A DNA stretch of 64,000 nucleotides from assembly GCA_963734535.1 (NCBI GenBank), contig CAVTHS010000014.1, forward strand, positions 64,001 to 128,000. Reading direction: 5' to 3'. The notes under the pieces were generated by a model. That model did no database searches, was not told the origin of the DNA, and saw only the letters and a program-made list of their open reading frames with translations. Shown here one piece after another: positions 1 through 9,294 of this stretch (position 1 is the first letter of the stretch; the number at the start of each line of letters is the position of its first letter). The stretch comes from an uncultured Chloroflexia bacterium. GTDB taxonomy: Bacteria; Chloroflexota; Limnocylindria; Limnocylindrales; CSP1-4. The position numbers and the translations under genes were made by a program.

Positions 1-384
1 ACCGCCACCAGCCGCCACGACATCGACCGCTGGGGGATGTTCCCGTTCCGCGCCTCGCCGCGCCAGGCGGACGTGCTCATCGTGGCCGGGACGCTCACGA
101 CGAAGATGGCCGAGCCGCTGGTCCGCCTCTGGGCGGAGATGCCCGAGCCGAAGTGGTGCGTCGCGATGGGCGACTGCACGTGCTCCGGCGGACGCTACAA
201 GCGCAGCTACAGCACGGTCCAGGGGATCGACCGCGTCCTGCCGGTCGACGTCTACGTGCCGGGCTGCCCGCCCCGCCCGGAGGGCCTGATCTACGGGATG
301 ATGAAGCTCCAGCAGCTGGTCAAGGAGCGCCGCGGCCACTGGCCCGAGCGCGCGATCGGACCCACCGTGCCGGACCAGGTGTAG
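1..384 (+). CDS. nuoB: NADH-quinone oxidoreductase subunit B (5' truncated by window edge)
   Basis: Frame open from base 1 ([15 protein letters not shown]). Motifs [21 protein letters not shown] and [14 protein letters not shown]. Confidence 0.96.
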   Translation, partial: TATSRHDIDRWGMFPFRASPRQADVLIVAGTLTTKMAEPLVRLWAEMPEPKWCVAMGDCTCSGGRYKRSYSTVQGIDRVLPVDVYVPGCPPRPEGLIYGMMKLQQLVKERRGHWPERAIGPTVPDQV

Positions 385-387
385 CCG

Positions 388-940
388 ATGGACCGTGCCT
401 TCCGGGCGCTCATCGAGCGGACCTTCGGGGACCTCGCTGACCGGCCCCGTGCGCCAGCGCCACGACGAGACCGAGATGCGGATCCGCCCGGGGGACGTCC
501 CGCAGGTGATGCGGACGCTCCACGACGATCCCGGCCTGCGATTCGAGTACCTGAGCGATCTCGCCGGCGTCGACACGGGGACCGACTTCCAGGTCGTCTA
601 CCACCTGTTCAGCGTGGTGACGCCGGACTGGCTGCGCGTCGTGGCCGACGGGATCCCGCGCGACCAGCCCCGCATCCCCTCGATCACGTTCCTCTGGAAG
701 GGCGCGGAGTGGATGGAGCGCGAGGCGTACGACATGTTCGGCCTCGTGTTCGAGGGCAACCGCGACCTGCGCCGGATCTACATGCCGGACGACTTCGTGA
801 GCTTCCCGCTGCGCAAGGACTTTCACCTCCCGGACGACGCGTCGCGCTCACCCGGCGGCGGCGTGCGCCCGATGGAGGACGCCGCCACCCCGGCCGACGC
901 CGCCGCCTCCACGGTCCGCCGAACGGCCAAGGCCCGCTAG
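388..940 (+). CDS. nuoC: NADH-quinone oxidoreductase subunit C (probable frameshift near 437)
   Basis: ATG 388 gives MDRAFRALIERTFGD. The core lies in the 395..940 frame: FEYLSDLAGVD, VVYHL, WMEREAYDMFG, FPLRKDF. Confidence 0.92.
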
Positions 941-954
941 CGCAGGGACCGGGG

Positions 955-2169
955 ATGACCACCCCCACTCGCCCCAGCCTCGACGATCCCGCCCTCACGA
1001 TCCCGCTCGAGCACGCCGGGATCTTCGAGCCGATCCCGCTTGCCCGCACGGAGCGCCAGCAGGAGTTCTACAGCCTCAAGGACGGCGAGATGCTCCTGAA
1101 CATGGGACCGCAGCACCCGTCCACGCACGGCGTGCTGCGGGTGGTCCTCAAGATCTCGGACGAGCAGGTGGTGGACCTGGACCCGGTCCTGGGCTACCTC
1201 CATCGCGGCGTCGAGAAGATCGCCGAGAACTCCGACTTCCACCACATCATCAGCCAGCTCGACCCGCTCGAGTACATCAGCTCCCTCTTCTGCGAGTGGA
1301 GCCCGGTGATGTCCTTCGAGAAGCTGCTGGACGTGGAGGTGCCACGGCGGGCGGAGTACATCCGGGTGCTGACCGGGGAGCTGAACCGGATTGCCAGCCA
1401 CATGCTGTTCCTGGGGTGGTACGCCCTGGACCTGGGCGGGATCACGCCGATCCTGTGGAGCTTCGCCGAGCGCGACGAGATCGTGGAGATGCTCGCCGCG
1501 ATCACCGGCGCCAAGCTGCTCTTCAACTACTTCCGGATCGGCGGCGTCAACGGCGACCTGAACCACGAGTTCATGAGCCGGCTCGGCGACTGGATGAGCC
1601 GGGCAGGCGAGCAGCTGAATGCCGGCATGGGCCTCCTCAACGAGAACGAGATCTTCGTTCGGCGCGCTCGCGGGCTTGGCGTCCTGGACCGCGAGACGGC
1701 CCTCCGGATGTGCACCACGGGCCCGAACCTCCGGGCGTCGGGCGTCCCGTTCGACATCCGTCGCGCCCATCCGTACAGCGTCTACCCGGAGCTGGACTTC
1801 GACATCCCGACGCGCAACGAGGGCGACTCGCTGGCCCGCTACCTGCTCCGCATGGACGAGGTCCGCCAGAGCCTCCGGATCATCGACCAGTGCCTCCACC
1901 AGATGCCCGACGGGCCGGTCATGGCGCGCCTGCCGCGTCTCCTTCGCCCGCGCCCGGGCCGCGCCTACAGCGCGGTCGAGGGACCCCGCGGCCAGTACTC
2001 GTGCTACGCCATGAGCGATGGGACGGACCAGCCCTTCCGGCTGCGGATCCACGACCCCAGCTTCCTGCACCTGCAGCTGGTCGGGCTCCTGATGCCGGGG
2101 AACCTGATCGCCGACACGATGGCGATCATGGCGTCGCTCGACCCGGTGATGGGCGGCGTGGACAAGTGA
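955..2169 (+). CDS. nuoD: NADH-quinone oxidoreductase subunit D
   Basis: ATG 955. Motifs LNMGPQHPSTHGVLR, GYLHRGVEK, ELNRIASH, RIGGV, EGPRG, and C-terminal DPVMGGVDK. Confidence 0.96.
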   Translation: MTTPTRPSLDDPALTIPLEHAGIFEPIPLARTERQQEFYSLKDGEMLLNMGPQHPSTHGVLRVVLKISDEQVVDLDPVLGYLHRGVEKIAENSDFHHIISQLDPLEYISSLFCEWSPVMSFEKLLDVEVPRRAEYIRVLTGELNRIASHMLFLGWYALDLGGITPILWSFAERDEIVEMLAAITGAKLLFNYFRIGGVNGDLNHEFMSRLGDWMSRAGEQLNAGMGLLNENEIFVRRARGLGVLDRETALRMCTTGPNLRASGVPFDIRRAHPYSVYPELDFDIPTRNEGDSLARYLLRMDEVRQSLRIIDQCLHQMPDGPVMARLPRLLRPRPGRAYSAVEGPRGQYSCYAMSDGTDQPFRLRIHDPSFLHLQLVGLLMPGNLIADTMAIMASLDPVMGGVDK

Positions 2170-2179
2170 GGATCGCCCC

Positions 2180-3517
2180 GTGATGGCCGCCTACTGGAAC
2201 CGCCTCTCGCTGGGTTCCAGGGCATTCCTCGTGATCGTCCCGGCCCTGCTCGTGGTCGGCGCGGTGCTGACCGTCGGGATCGCCGTCCTCCTCGGGCCCG
2301 TGCTCGACTTCCTGGGCGCGAACATGCCCCTGGTGCGGTTCGTGGCGGCCGCAACCGCGATCATCGTGATGACGATCCCGATCGCTTTCGTGATCATCTT
2401 CATGGAGCTCAAGGTCATCGCGGCCATCAATCTGCGCGTCGGACCGGACCGCGTCGGACCGTTCGGCAGCTTCATGTCGGTGATCCACGGCCTCAAGGTC
2501 CTCGCCAAGGAGGACTACACGCCGCGCGGCGTCGACGTCCCGATCTTCACCCTGGCGCCGATCGTCGTGTTCGCCTCGATCCCGCTGACGCTGCTGGTGA
2601 TCCCGTTCGCCCCCGGGATCTTCGGGCAGGACTTCAACATCGCCCTGCTCTACTTCTTCGCCATCGGCGGGATGAGCGTGGTGGGCCTGATGATGGCCGG
2701 CTGGGCCAGCTACAACAAGTACAGCCTGCTCGGCGCGCTGCGGGCCGCCGCCCAAGCCATCAGCTACGAGCTGCCGCTGACCCTCTCGGTGGTCGGGATC
2801 ATCATCCTGGCCGGGACCATGAGCCTGAACTCCATCGTCCAACAGCAGGCCGGGTCGCTCCTGGACTGGAACATCTGGAAGCAGCCCCTGGGCTTCATCA
2901 TCTTCTTCATCGCGGCCACGGCCGAGGCGAACCGGACCCCGCTGGACATGACCGAGGCGGACCAGGAGCTGGTGGCCGGCTTCGCCACCGAGTACTCCGG
3001 CATGCGGTTCGGGTTCTTCTTCTTCGCCGAGTACGTCAACGTGTTCGTCGTCTCGGCGCTCAGCGTCGTGCTCTTCTTCGGCGGCTGGAATGCCCCGTTC
3101 GACTGGCCGTTCCCGGTGACGCTGAGTCTCGATCCGGGCGGCCTGGGCCTCGGGCTTGTCTTCCTGATCGCGCTCGCCCCGGTGGTCGGCACGATCGTGC
3201 TGGGGCTGCCGTTCTGGCTTCTCTCGAGTCGCGTGAGCACGCTCCGGGCCCTCGTGATCGGGTTCATCCTGTTCAACATGCTGGTCGTCGGGGCGTTCCT
3301 CGGCTGGGCGTTCGTGAGCGCCGAGTGGGTTTCCGGGCTCGCCTGGATGATCGGCAAGACGTTCGTCTTCGTCTTCATCTTCGTCCAGATGCGTGGCACG
3401 CTGCCGCGCGTGCGGGTGGACCAGCTGATGAGCTTCGCCTGGAAATGGCTCCTGCCGGCGGCGCTCCTCAACATCTTCGCGACGGCCACCGCCGTCTCGA
3501 TCCTGGCGAACCGGTGA
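2180..3517 (+). CDS. nuoH: NADH-quinone oxidoreductase subunit H (long form, 445 aa)
   Basis: RVGPDRVGPFG, GWASYNKYSLLGALRAAAQAISYE, ELVAGFATEYSG, RGTLPRVRVDQLM. Confidence 0.95.
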   Translation: MMAAYWNRLSLGSRAFLVIVPALLVVGAVLTVGIAVLLGPVLDFLGANMPLVRFVAAATAIIVMTIPIAFVIIFMELKVIAAINLRVGPDRVGPFGSFMSVIHGLKVLAKEDYTPRGVDVPIFTLAPIVVFASIPLTLLVIPFAPGIFGQDFNIALLYFFAIGGMSVVGLMMAGWASYNKYSLLGALRAAAQAISYELPLTLSVVGIIILAGTMSLNSIVQQQAGSLLDWNIWKQPLGFIIFFIAATAEANRTPLDMTEADQELVAGFATEYSGMRFGFFFFAEYVNVFVVSALSVVLFFGGWNAPFDWPFPVTLSLDPGGLGLGLVFLIALAPVVGTIVLGLPFWLLSSRVSTLRALVIGFILFNMLVVGAFLGWAFVSAEWVSGLAWMIGKTFVFVFIFVQMRGTLPRVRVDQLMSFAWKWLLPAALLNIFATATAVSILANR

Positions 3518-3527
3518 GGGCGACGGC

Positions 3528-4362
3528 ATGAGCTTCGTCCCCGGGATGGGCGTCCTCAAGGGCATGGCGCTCACGCTGCGGCGGTTCTTCGCGCCGAAGG
3601 TGACGATCCGGTACCCCGAGGTCACGCCCGACATCGCCGTCAAGTACCGCGGCAGGCTGCAGCTGCTGTACGACGAGCACGGTACGCTCAAGTGCGAGAC
3701 CTGCTTCCAGTGCGCCCAGGCCTGCCCGATCGAGTGCATCGACATGGGCGGCGTCGACACCAGGGGGCGCTACGCCGTCCACTGGGGCGCCTCCGAGACC
3801 TACGGCGAGCGGCGCGAGGAGGCGGCCCTCCGGCGCGCCGGCCGCGAGGTGCCGGACCCGACGTACGCCCGCTTCGAGGCCGTCGACACCGCCGCCGTCG
3901 ATCGCATCCTGGAGGATCACGACTACGACCCGCACCGGATGCTCTCGATCCTCGAGGCGATCCAGGCCGAGTTCGGCCGCCTCCCCGTCGCGGCGCTCAA
4001 GCAGGTCAGCTTCACCACCGGGTCGTGGTACGCGATGATCTACGGCACCGCGACCTACTACCGCCACTTCCGGTTCGAGAAGACGGTCGAGCAGGTGGCC
4101 GTCTGTCGCTGCACGGCCTGCCTGATGCAGGGCGGTGGGCGGCTGGCGGACGCGCTCGCTCGCCGGGCTCGGGACGGGGCTCGGGCGGATCACGCCGGAC
4201 GGCCGGATCCGGCTGGACTGGCTGCCCACCCACCCCGCCGGCGCGCCGGCGCCGCTCGTGACGCTCGACCGCGAGCCCCAGCCTGAGGTCACGCCTGCCA
4301 ACGCCGCCGCCTGGGCCCAGGCGCTCGTCGGGGAGCATCCCGCCACCCGGACGGTTCACTGA
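3528..4362 (+). CDS. Fusion of NuoI N-terminal half and a NuoE-like domain (probable frameshift near 4160)
   Basis: N-terminus KGMALTLRRFFAPKVTIRYPE...YRGRLQL...CETCFQCAQACP is the first half of NuoI. It continues into NuoE-like LSILEAIQAEFGRLP...ATYYRHF...VCRCTAC. The 4135..4362 frame supplies ITPDGRIRL...APLVTLD...VTP. Confidence 0.85.
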
Positions 4363-4366
4363 GCCG

Positions 4367-5732
4367 ATGACGACGATCCTCCCGACACCGGCGGCCTGGC
4401 CGCGACCGCTGCTCGGCGATTCGCCGAGCAGCGACCCGCCCTCGGGCGACGCGCGGCTCGCCGATCCCGCCGACCTGGACGCCGCGGTCCGCGCAGGCGC
4501 GTTCGCCGGGCTGACCCGCGCGCTCCGCGATCTGGGCGCCACGCTGACGACCGCGACGATCGCCGAGTCGGGCCTTCGCGGCCGAGGCGGCGCAGGCTTC
4601 CCGGCGGCCCAGAAGTGGCGCGCCGTCGCCGCGACGCCCGGGGCTCTGCGGTACGCCGTCGCGAACGGCTACGAGGCAGATCCGGCGGGGGCCACGAACC
4701 GCCACCTGATGACGCAGCGCCCGTACGCGATCGTCGAGGGCCTGGCGATCGCCGCGCTCTCGGTCGGCGCTGAGGAGGCCATCCTCGCCGTCCGGGCGGA
4801 GTACGCGGACGCGGTCACGGCCCTGGAGCTCGCGGTCTCCGCGGCCGAGGAGGCCGGGTACATCGGCGAAGACGTCCTGGGATCCGGGCGCGCGCTCCGG
4901 ATGACGGTCCATCCCGTGCAGGGTGCCTACCTGCTGGGCGAGGAGACGGTCCTCCTCAAGGCCCTCGAGGGGCGCCGGGGCCAGCCGGAGCAGCGCCCGC
5001 CCTACCCGTCGGAGCGCGGCCTCTGGGGCCGGCCGACCCTCGTCCACAACGTGGCAACGCTCGCGGCGATCCCCTGGATCGTCGTCCACGGCTCCGATGC
5101 CTACCGCGCCATCGGCGACCCGGACGCCCCGGGGACGGTCCTCGTCCAGGTGACGGGTGCCGTGCCATCACCTGGCATCGTCGAGGTCCCGACCGCGACG
5201 CCGCTCACCGAGATCGTTGGCCTGGCGGGCGGAGTGGCGGGCGGCCGCACGCTCAAGGCCCTCCTCGTCGGCGGGTCCCTCGGGCGGGCTCCTGCCGGCG
5301 GACCTCGTGACGACCCCGTACACGTTCGGGGCGCTCCGCGCGGTCGGCGCCCATGTCGGATCGGGTTCGGTGGTGGTGGCCGACGACCGGACGTGCGTGG
5401 TGGACCTGGCACGTCTCCTGACCCGCTACTGCGCGGACGAGGCATGCGGCAAGACGATCCCGTGCCGGATCGGGCTGCGCCGCCTGTCGGAGATCGGGGA
5501 GCGGATCGCGTCCGGCCTGGCCCGCCCGACCGATCCGGGGCTTCTTGCAGACCTCGGGGCGGACATCGTGGGGAGCGCGCTGTGCGACCACGAGCGGCTC
5601 GCAACAGGGCCGCTGGCGACCGCGATGCGATACTTCGGGCCCGAGATCGACGCCCACCGCTCGGGCGTCTGCCCAGCCGGCGTCTGCGCCCCCGCCGGGG
5701 TCGTGGCCGCCGGGACCGCGCACGGAGGATAG
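4367..5732 (+). CDS. NuoF/HydB-like flavoprotein subunit, divergent (probable extra G near 5274)
   Basis: SGLRGRGGAGFP, KW, YLLGEET, PPYPSERGLWGRPTLVHNVATL. After the frame change: GPSGGLLP, GSGSVVV, EACGKTIPCRIG, HRSGVCPAGVC. Confidence 0.88.
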
Positions 5733-5743
5733 GCACGACCGCG

Positions 5744-8404
5744 ATGGCCGACCTCATCTCCCGCCCAGCCGACCGCATCCCCGGCCCAGCGGACCTCGTC
5801 TCGACGACCCGACCCGAGCCGGTGGTCGACTCGCTGGCGGAGCGGCTCTTCCGCACGCAGTCGCCGCAGCGCCCGCAGTCCACGCCGGTCATCCGGCTCG
5901 AGGTCGACGGGCGCGCCGTCGAGGGCCGCGAGGGCCAGACGATCCTCGAGGTCTGCCGCGACAACGGGATCGAGGTCCCCACCCTGTGCTACGAGCCAAA
6001 GCTGCCGGGCTTCGGCGCCTGCCGCATGTGCGTGGTGGAGGTGGCGGGCGAGGAGCACCCGCCGATCTCGTGCTCGCGCCTGGCCGAGGCCGGGATGGTG
6101 GTCCAGACCCAGACAGAGGAGGTTCGCCGCCTGCGCCGGACCAACCTGGAGCTGATCTTCTCCGACCACAACGCGTACTGCCTGCCGCCCTGCCAGAACA
6201 AGTGCCCGAGCCACATCGACATCCCGGGGTTCCTCAAGGCGAACGCGGAGGGCGAGTTCCGCGAGTCGGCCCGGATCTTCAAGCGCACGATCCCGTTCCC
6301 CTCGATCCTGGGCCGGGTCTGCCCGGCGCCGTGCGAGGAGCACTGCCGGCGCGACGAGGTCGACGAGGCGATCGCGATCCGCGACAGCCACCGCTACGCG
6401 GGCGACCAGGTGATCCGCGCGATGCGCGAGCAGGACGTGGATCCGCCGCTCCCCTTCGAGCTGCAGCCGAAGTCCGGCAAGCGGGTGGCGGTGATCGGGT
6501 CCGGCCCGGCCGGCGCGTCCGCGGCCTACTACCTGCTGATCGCGGGCCACGACGTGACGATCTACGAGCGGGACGAGGCGCCCGGCGGCATGCTCCGTTA
6601 CGGCATCCCGGAGTACCGGCTCCCGAAGGAGAAGGTCCTCGATCCCGAGTACGAGAGCATCACGCGACTCGGCGGGCGCTTCGTCTGCAACCAGGCCCTT
6701 GGCCGCGACTTCAGCCTGGACGACCTCCAGAACCAGGGCTACGACGCCGTCATGGTGGCGATCGGCTGCTACGACACGAACAAGCTGGGGATCCCCGGCG
6801 AGGACGCCGACGGTGTCATCGACGGCCTGGAGTACCTCAAGATCGCCACGCTCGGCCTGACCTACCCGGGCCACGCCGGCACGCGGGTCGTGGTCATCGG
6901 CGGCGGCTTCACCTCGATGGACTGCTCGCGAACCTCGGTACGCCAGGGGGCGTCGGAGGTGACGCTCGTCTACCGCCGCGACATGAAGGACATGCCCGCC
7001 TCCGGCGAGGTCCACGAGGCCATCGAGGAAGGCGTCACGACGATCTTCCAGGCCGGCCCGACCCGCGTCATCGCGAACGAGGCGGGCAAGGTCACCGGTG
7101 TGGAGTTCATCCGGATGCAGCTGGGCGCCGCGGACGCCTCGGGCCGTCGTCGACCCGAGCCGGCCCCTGGCACCGAGTTCACGATCGAGTGCGACCGCGT
7201 CCTGCTCGCGATCGGGCAGGGCCCGGACCTGACCTGGATGGGTGGTGGCTCGGACGGCGTCGAGGCCACGAAGTACAAGCGCCTGCGGGCCGACGCGGTC
7301 ACCTTCCTGACCCCGCGGCCGGGCGTCTTCGGGACCGGCGACGTCCGCATGGGCGCCCAGACCGTCGTCCAGGCGATCGCCGACGGGCGCCGGGCCTCCT
7401 ACGCGGTGGACGCCTACCTGAAGGGAATGGACCTCGGCGAGATCCGGACCCGCCAGACGCTGGCGGAGCCACAGCCGGAGTTCCTTAGCATCGTCCCGTT
7501 CACGTCCGAGGTGAAAGCACCCCGCAACCGGCTGCGGACCATGCCTGCCGAGGAACGGCGCTCGAGCTACGTCGAGTACGAGATCCCGTACTCGCAGAGC
7601 GAGGCGGTGGCGGAGTCCACGCGCTGCCTGCAGTGCACCTGCGAGGCGATCGGCTTCTGCGACCTGCGCCGCCTGGGCATCGAGTACGGGACCACCCTCA
7701 AGACGCTGGAGCCGCAGAACAACGGCGGGGCCGGCTTCCGGAGCGTGACCGAGAACCGCTTCACCGGCTCCAACCACGACTACATCCGCGACGACAGCCA
7801 CGCCTTCATCCTCCGCGAGCCGTCGCGCTGCATCGACTGCGGCCGCTGCGCCAACGTCTGCGCCGAGGTCGTCGGGGCGGCCTGCTACGACTTCATGCGG
7901 ATCGGCTTCGACACCCTGGTGACCACGCCGCTCGACATGAGCCTCAACGACACGCCGTGCGTGTCGTGCGGGCGTTGCGCGGAGACGTGCCCCACCGGCG
8001 CGCTCATGCCGAAGCCGCGGATCCTCGAGAAGTACGACGTGGACGAGAGTCGCTGCATCCTGTGCGGCATCTGCGTCGACGCCTGCCCGTACGACGCGCT
8101 CCGCTGCGGCCCCGACTTCGAGCTGGCGCACGTGAGCCGCGAGGAGCCGATGATCGACCTCATCGCGATCGCGGCGGTCGATCGCGAGACGGAGATGACC
8201 TACGTTCGCCGCGAGCGCGACTGGCTGGAGCGGGCAGTCGCATCCGGCCGGGATGTCGGCGCCCGCCAGCTCCCGGTGCTCCCGGCCTCGCTCGCGGGCG
8301 GCGCGAACGGCAACGGCAGCGGTCGCGCGAGCGTCCCCGGCAACGGCCACAATGGGCACGGCCCGGCCGGCGGCGGCACCGCCGGGCACGCGCACAACCG
8401 GTAG
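5744..8404 (+). CDS. Multi-domain FAD/Fe-S oxidoreductase: NuoG-type 2Fe-2S + GltD/NfnB-like NADPH-FAD module + 2x[4Fe-4S] + C-terminal half of NuoI (886 aa)
   Basis: ATG 5744. Motifs in order: PTLC...GACRMCVVE...ISC; [22 protein letters not shown]; [31 protein letters not shown]; RCLQCTC...CDLR; [27 protein letters not shown]; [23 protein letters not shown]...DFELA. Confidence 0.9.
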   Translation: MADLISRPADRIPGPADLVSTTRPEPVVDSLAERLFRTQSPQRPQSTPVIRLEVDGRAVEGREGQTILEVCRDNGIEVPTLCYEPKLPGFGACRMCVVEVAGEEHPPISCSRLAEAGMVVQTQTEEVRRLRRTNLELIFSDHNAYCLPPCQNKCPSHIDIPGFLKANAEGEFRESARIFKRTIPFPSILGRVCPAPCEEHCRRDEVDEAIAIRDSHRYAGDQVIRAMREQDVDPPLPFELQPKSGKRVAVIGSGPAGASAAYYLLIAGHDVTIYERDEAPGGMLRYGIPEYRLPKEKVLDPEYESITRLGGRFVCNQALGRDFSLDDLQNQGYDAVMVAIGCYDTNKLGIPGEDADGVIDGLEYLKIATLGLTYPGHAGTRVVVIGGGFTSMDCSRTSVRQGASEVTLVYRRDMKDMPASGEVHEAIEEGVTTIFQAGPTRVIANEAGKVTGVEFIRMQLGAADASGRRRPEPAPGTEFTIECDRVLLAIGQGPDLTWMGGGSDGVEATKYKRLRADAVTFLTPRPGVFGTGDVRMGAQTVVQAIADGRRASYAVDAYLKGMDLGEIRTRQTLAEPQPEFLSIVPFTSEVKAPRNRLRTMPAEERRSSYVEYEIPYSQSEAVAESTRCLQCTCEAIGFCDLRRLGIEYGTTLKTLEPQNNGGAGFRSVTENRFTGSNHDYIRDDSHAFILREPSRCIDCGRCANVCAEVVGAACYDFMRIGFDTLVTTPLDMSLNDTPCVSCGRCAETCPTGALMPKPRILEKYDVDESRCILCGICVDACPYDALRCGPDFELAHVSREEPMIDLIAIAAVDRETEMTYVRRERDWLERAVASGRDVGARQLPVLPASLAGGANGNGSGRASVPGNGHNGHGPAGGGTAGHAHNR

Positions 8405-8430
8405 AGCACGCGGCGGAGGGAGAGGAACAG

Positions 8431-8964
8431 GTGCCCATACCGGAGACCGTCCCGATCCTCGGGGCCAGCTGGAGCGACGTGCTCTTCGCGGCCCTGGCCG
8501 CCGTCATGCTCGGCTCCGCGCTCCTCGTCGTGACGCTCCGCGACATCATCCGCTGCGGGCTGGCCATGATCGTCGCGTTCGGCGCCCTTGCCGGCATCTA
8601 TGTCCTGCTGGGCGCCCCGCTGGTGGCCGCCGCCCAGGTGCTCGTCTACATCGGCGCGATCGCCGTCCTCATCCTGTTCGCGGTCATGCTGACGCAGGCC
8701 AAGAACGCGCCGGTCCGGCTCGTCTTCCAGGCCCAGGCGCTGCCCGCCGCGATCGCCGCCATCGTGCTCGCGGTCATGATCGCCCTCACGGCCAGCGCCA
8801 CGGACTGGGGCGCGGTGACGAAGCGGATCGCGACCGGGACCGACGCGCTGGCGCGCCTCCTGTTCAACGCGTACATCCTCCCGTTCGAGGTCGTGAGCGT
8901 GCTCCTGCTCATGGCCGTGGTCGGGGGCATCTTCATCGCGAAGCGCGAGGGCCGGGACACGTGA
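8431..8964 (+). CDS. nuoJ: NADH-quinone oxidoreductase subunit J
   Basis: GTG 8431 after [25 protein letters not shown] and [13 protein letters not shown]. Confidence 0.94.
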   Translation: MPIPETVPILGASWSDVLFAALAAVMLGSALLVVTLRDIIRCGLAMIVAFGALAGIYVLLGAPLVAAAQVLVYIGAIAVLILFAVMLTQAKNAPVRLVFQAQALPAAIAAIVLAVMIALTASATDWGAVTKRIATGTDALARLLFNAYILPFEVVSVLLLMAVVGGIFIAKREGRDT

Positions 8965-9272
8965 GCCAGAGCCTGGACGCCTACCTCGTCGTCTCCGGGA
9001 TCCTGTTCGCGATCGGCAGCTTCGGCTTCCTCGCCCGGCGCAACGCGATCAGCATGCTCATGTCGATCGAGCTGATGCTCAACGCGGTGAACCTGTCCAT
9101 CGTGGCCTTCGGCGCCTTCATCCCGGCCCTCAACGGCACGGCCTCCGTCATCGCCCTGATGGTGATGGCCGTCGCCGCGGCCGAGGCGACGGTCGGCCTG
9201 GCGATCGTGATGGCCATCTACCGGAACCGCCGCACGCCGCTCGTCGACGAATACGACTCCATGCGCCAGTAG
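8961..9272 (+). CDS. nuoK: NADH-quinone oxidoreductase subunit K
   Basis: GTGA overlap with nuo[21 protein letters not shown] and [11 protein letters not shown]. Confidence 0.95.
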   Translation: MSQSLDAYLVVSGILFAIGSFGFLARRNAISMLMSIELMLNAVNLSIVAFGAFIPALNGTASVIALMVMAVAAAEATVGLAIVMAIYRNRRTPLVDEYDSMRQ

Positions 9273-9294
9273 CAGAAGAGACCGAGCCGCCCCC

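Noticed and set aside
388-2169. Apparent 593-aa NuoC-NuoD fusion ORF
   Set aside because: The NuoC motifs are in another frame ending at TAG 940, and nuoD has its own ATG at 955. The long ORF is a frameshift artefact.
955-2169. Group 4 [NiFe]-hydrogenase large subunit
   Set aside because: No N- or C-terminal CxxC Ni ligands; the quinone-site motif HPSTHG is present.
4367-8404. Apparent 1345-aa NuoF-NuoG/GltD fusion
   Set aside because: The segment ~5275-5743 is out-of-frame nonsense in this ORF. The true NuoF C-terminus is in the 5157..5732 frame with its own stop, and the next gene starts at 5744.
5744-8404. [FeFe]-hydrogenase, formate dehydrogenase or glutamate synthase assignment
   Set aside because: No H-cluster motifs, no molybdopterin domain, and no gltB in the window.
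8290-8404. Gly/Asn/His-rich tail (NGNGSG...NGHNGHG) as a metal-binding or repeat element
   Set aside because: Short low-complexity tail; nothing supports a function.
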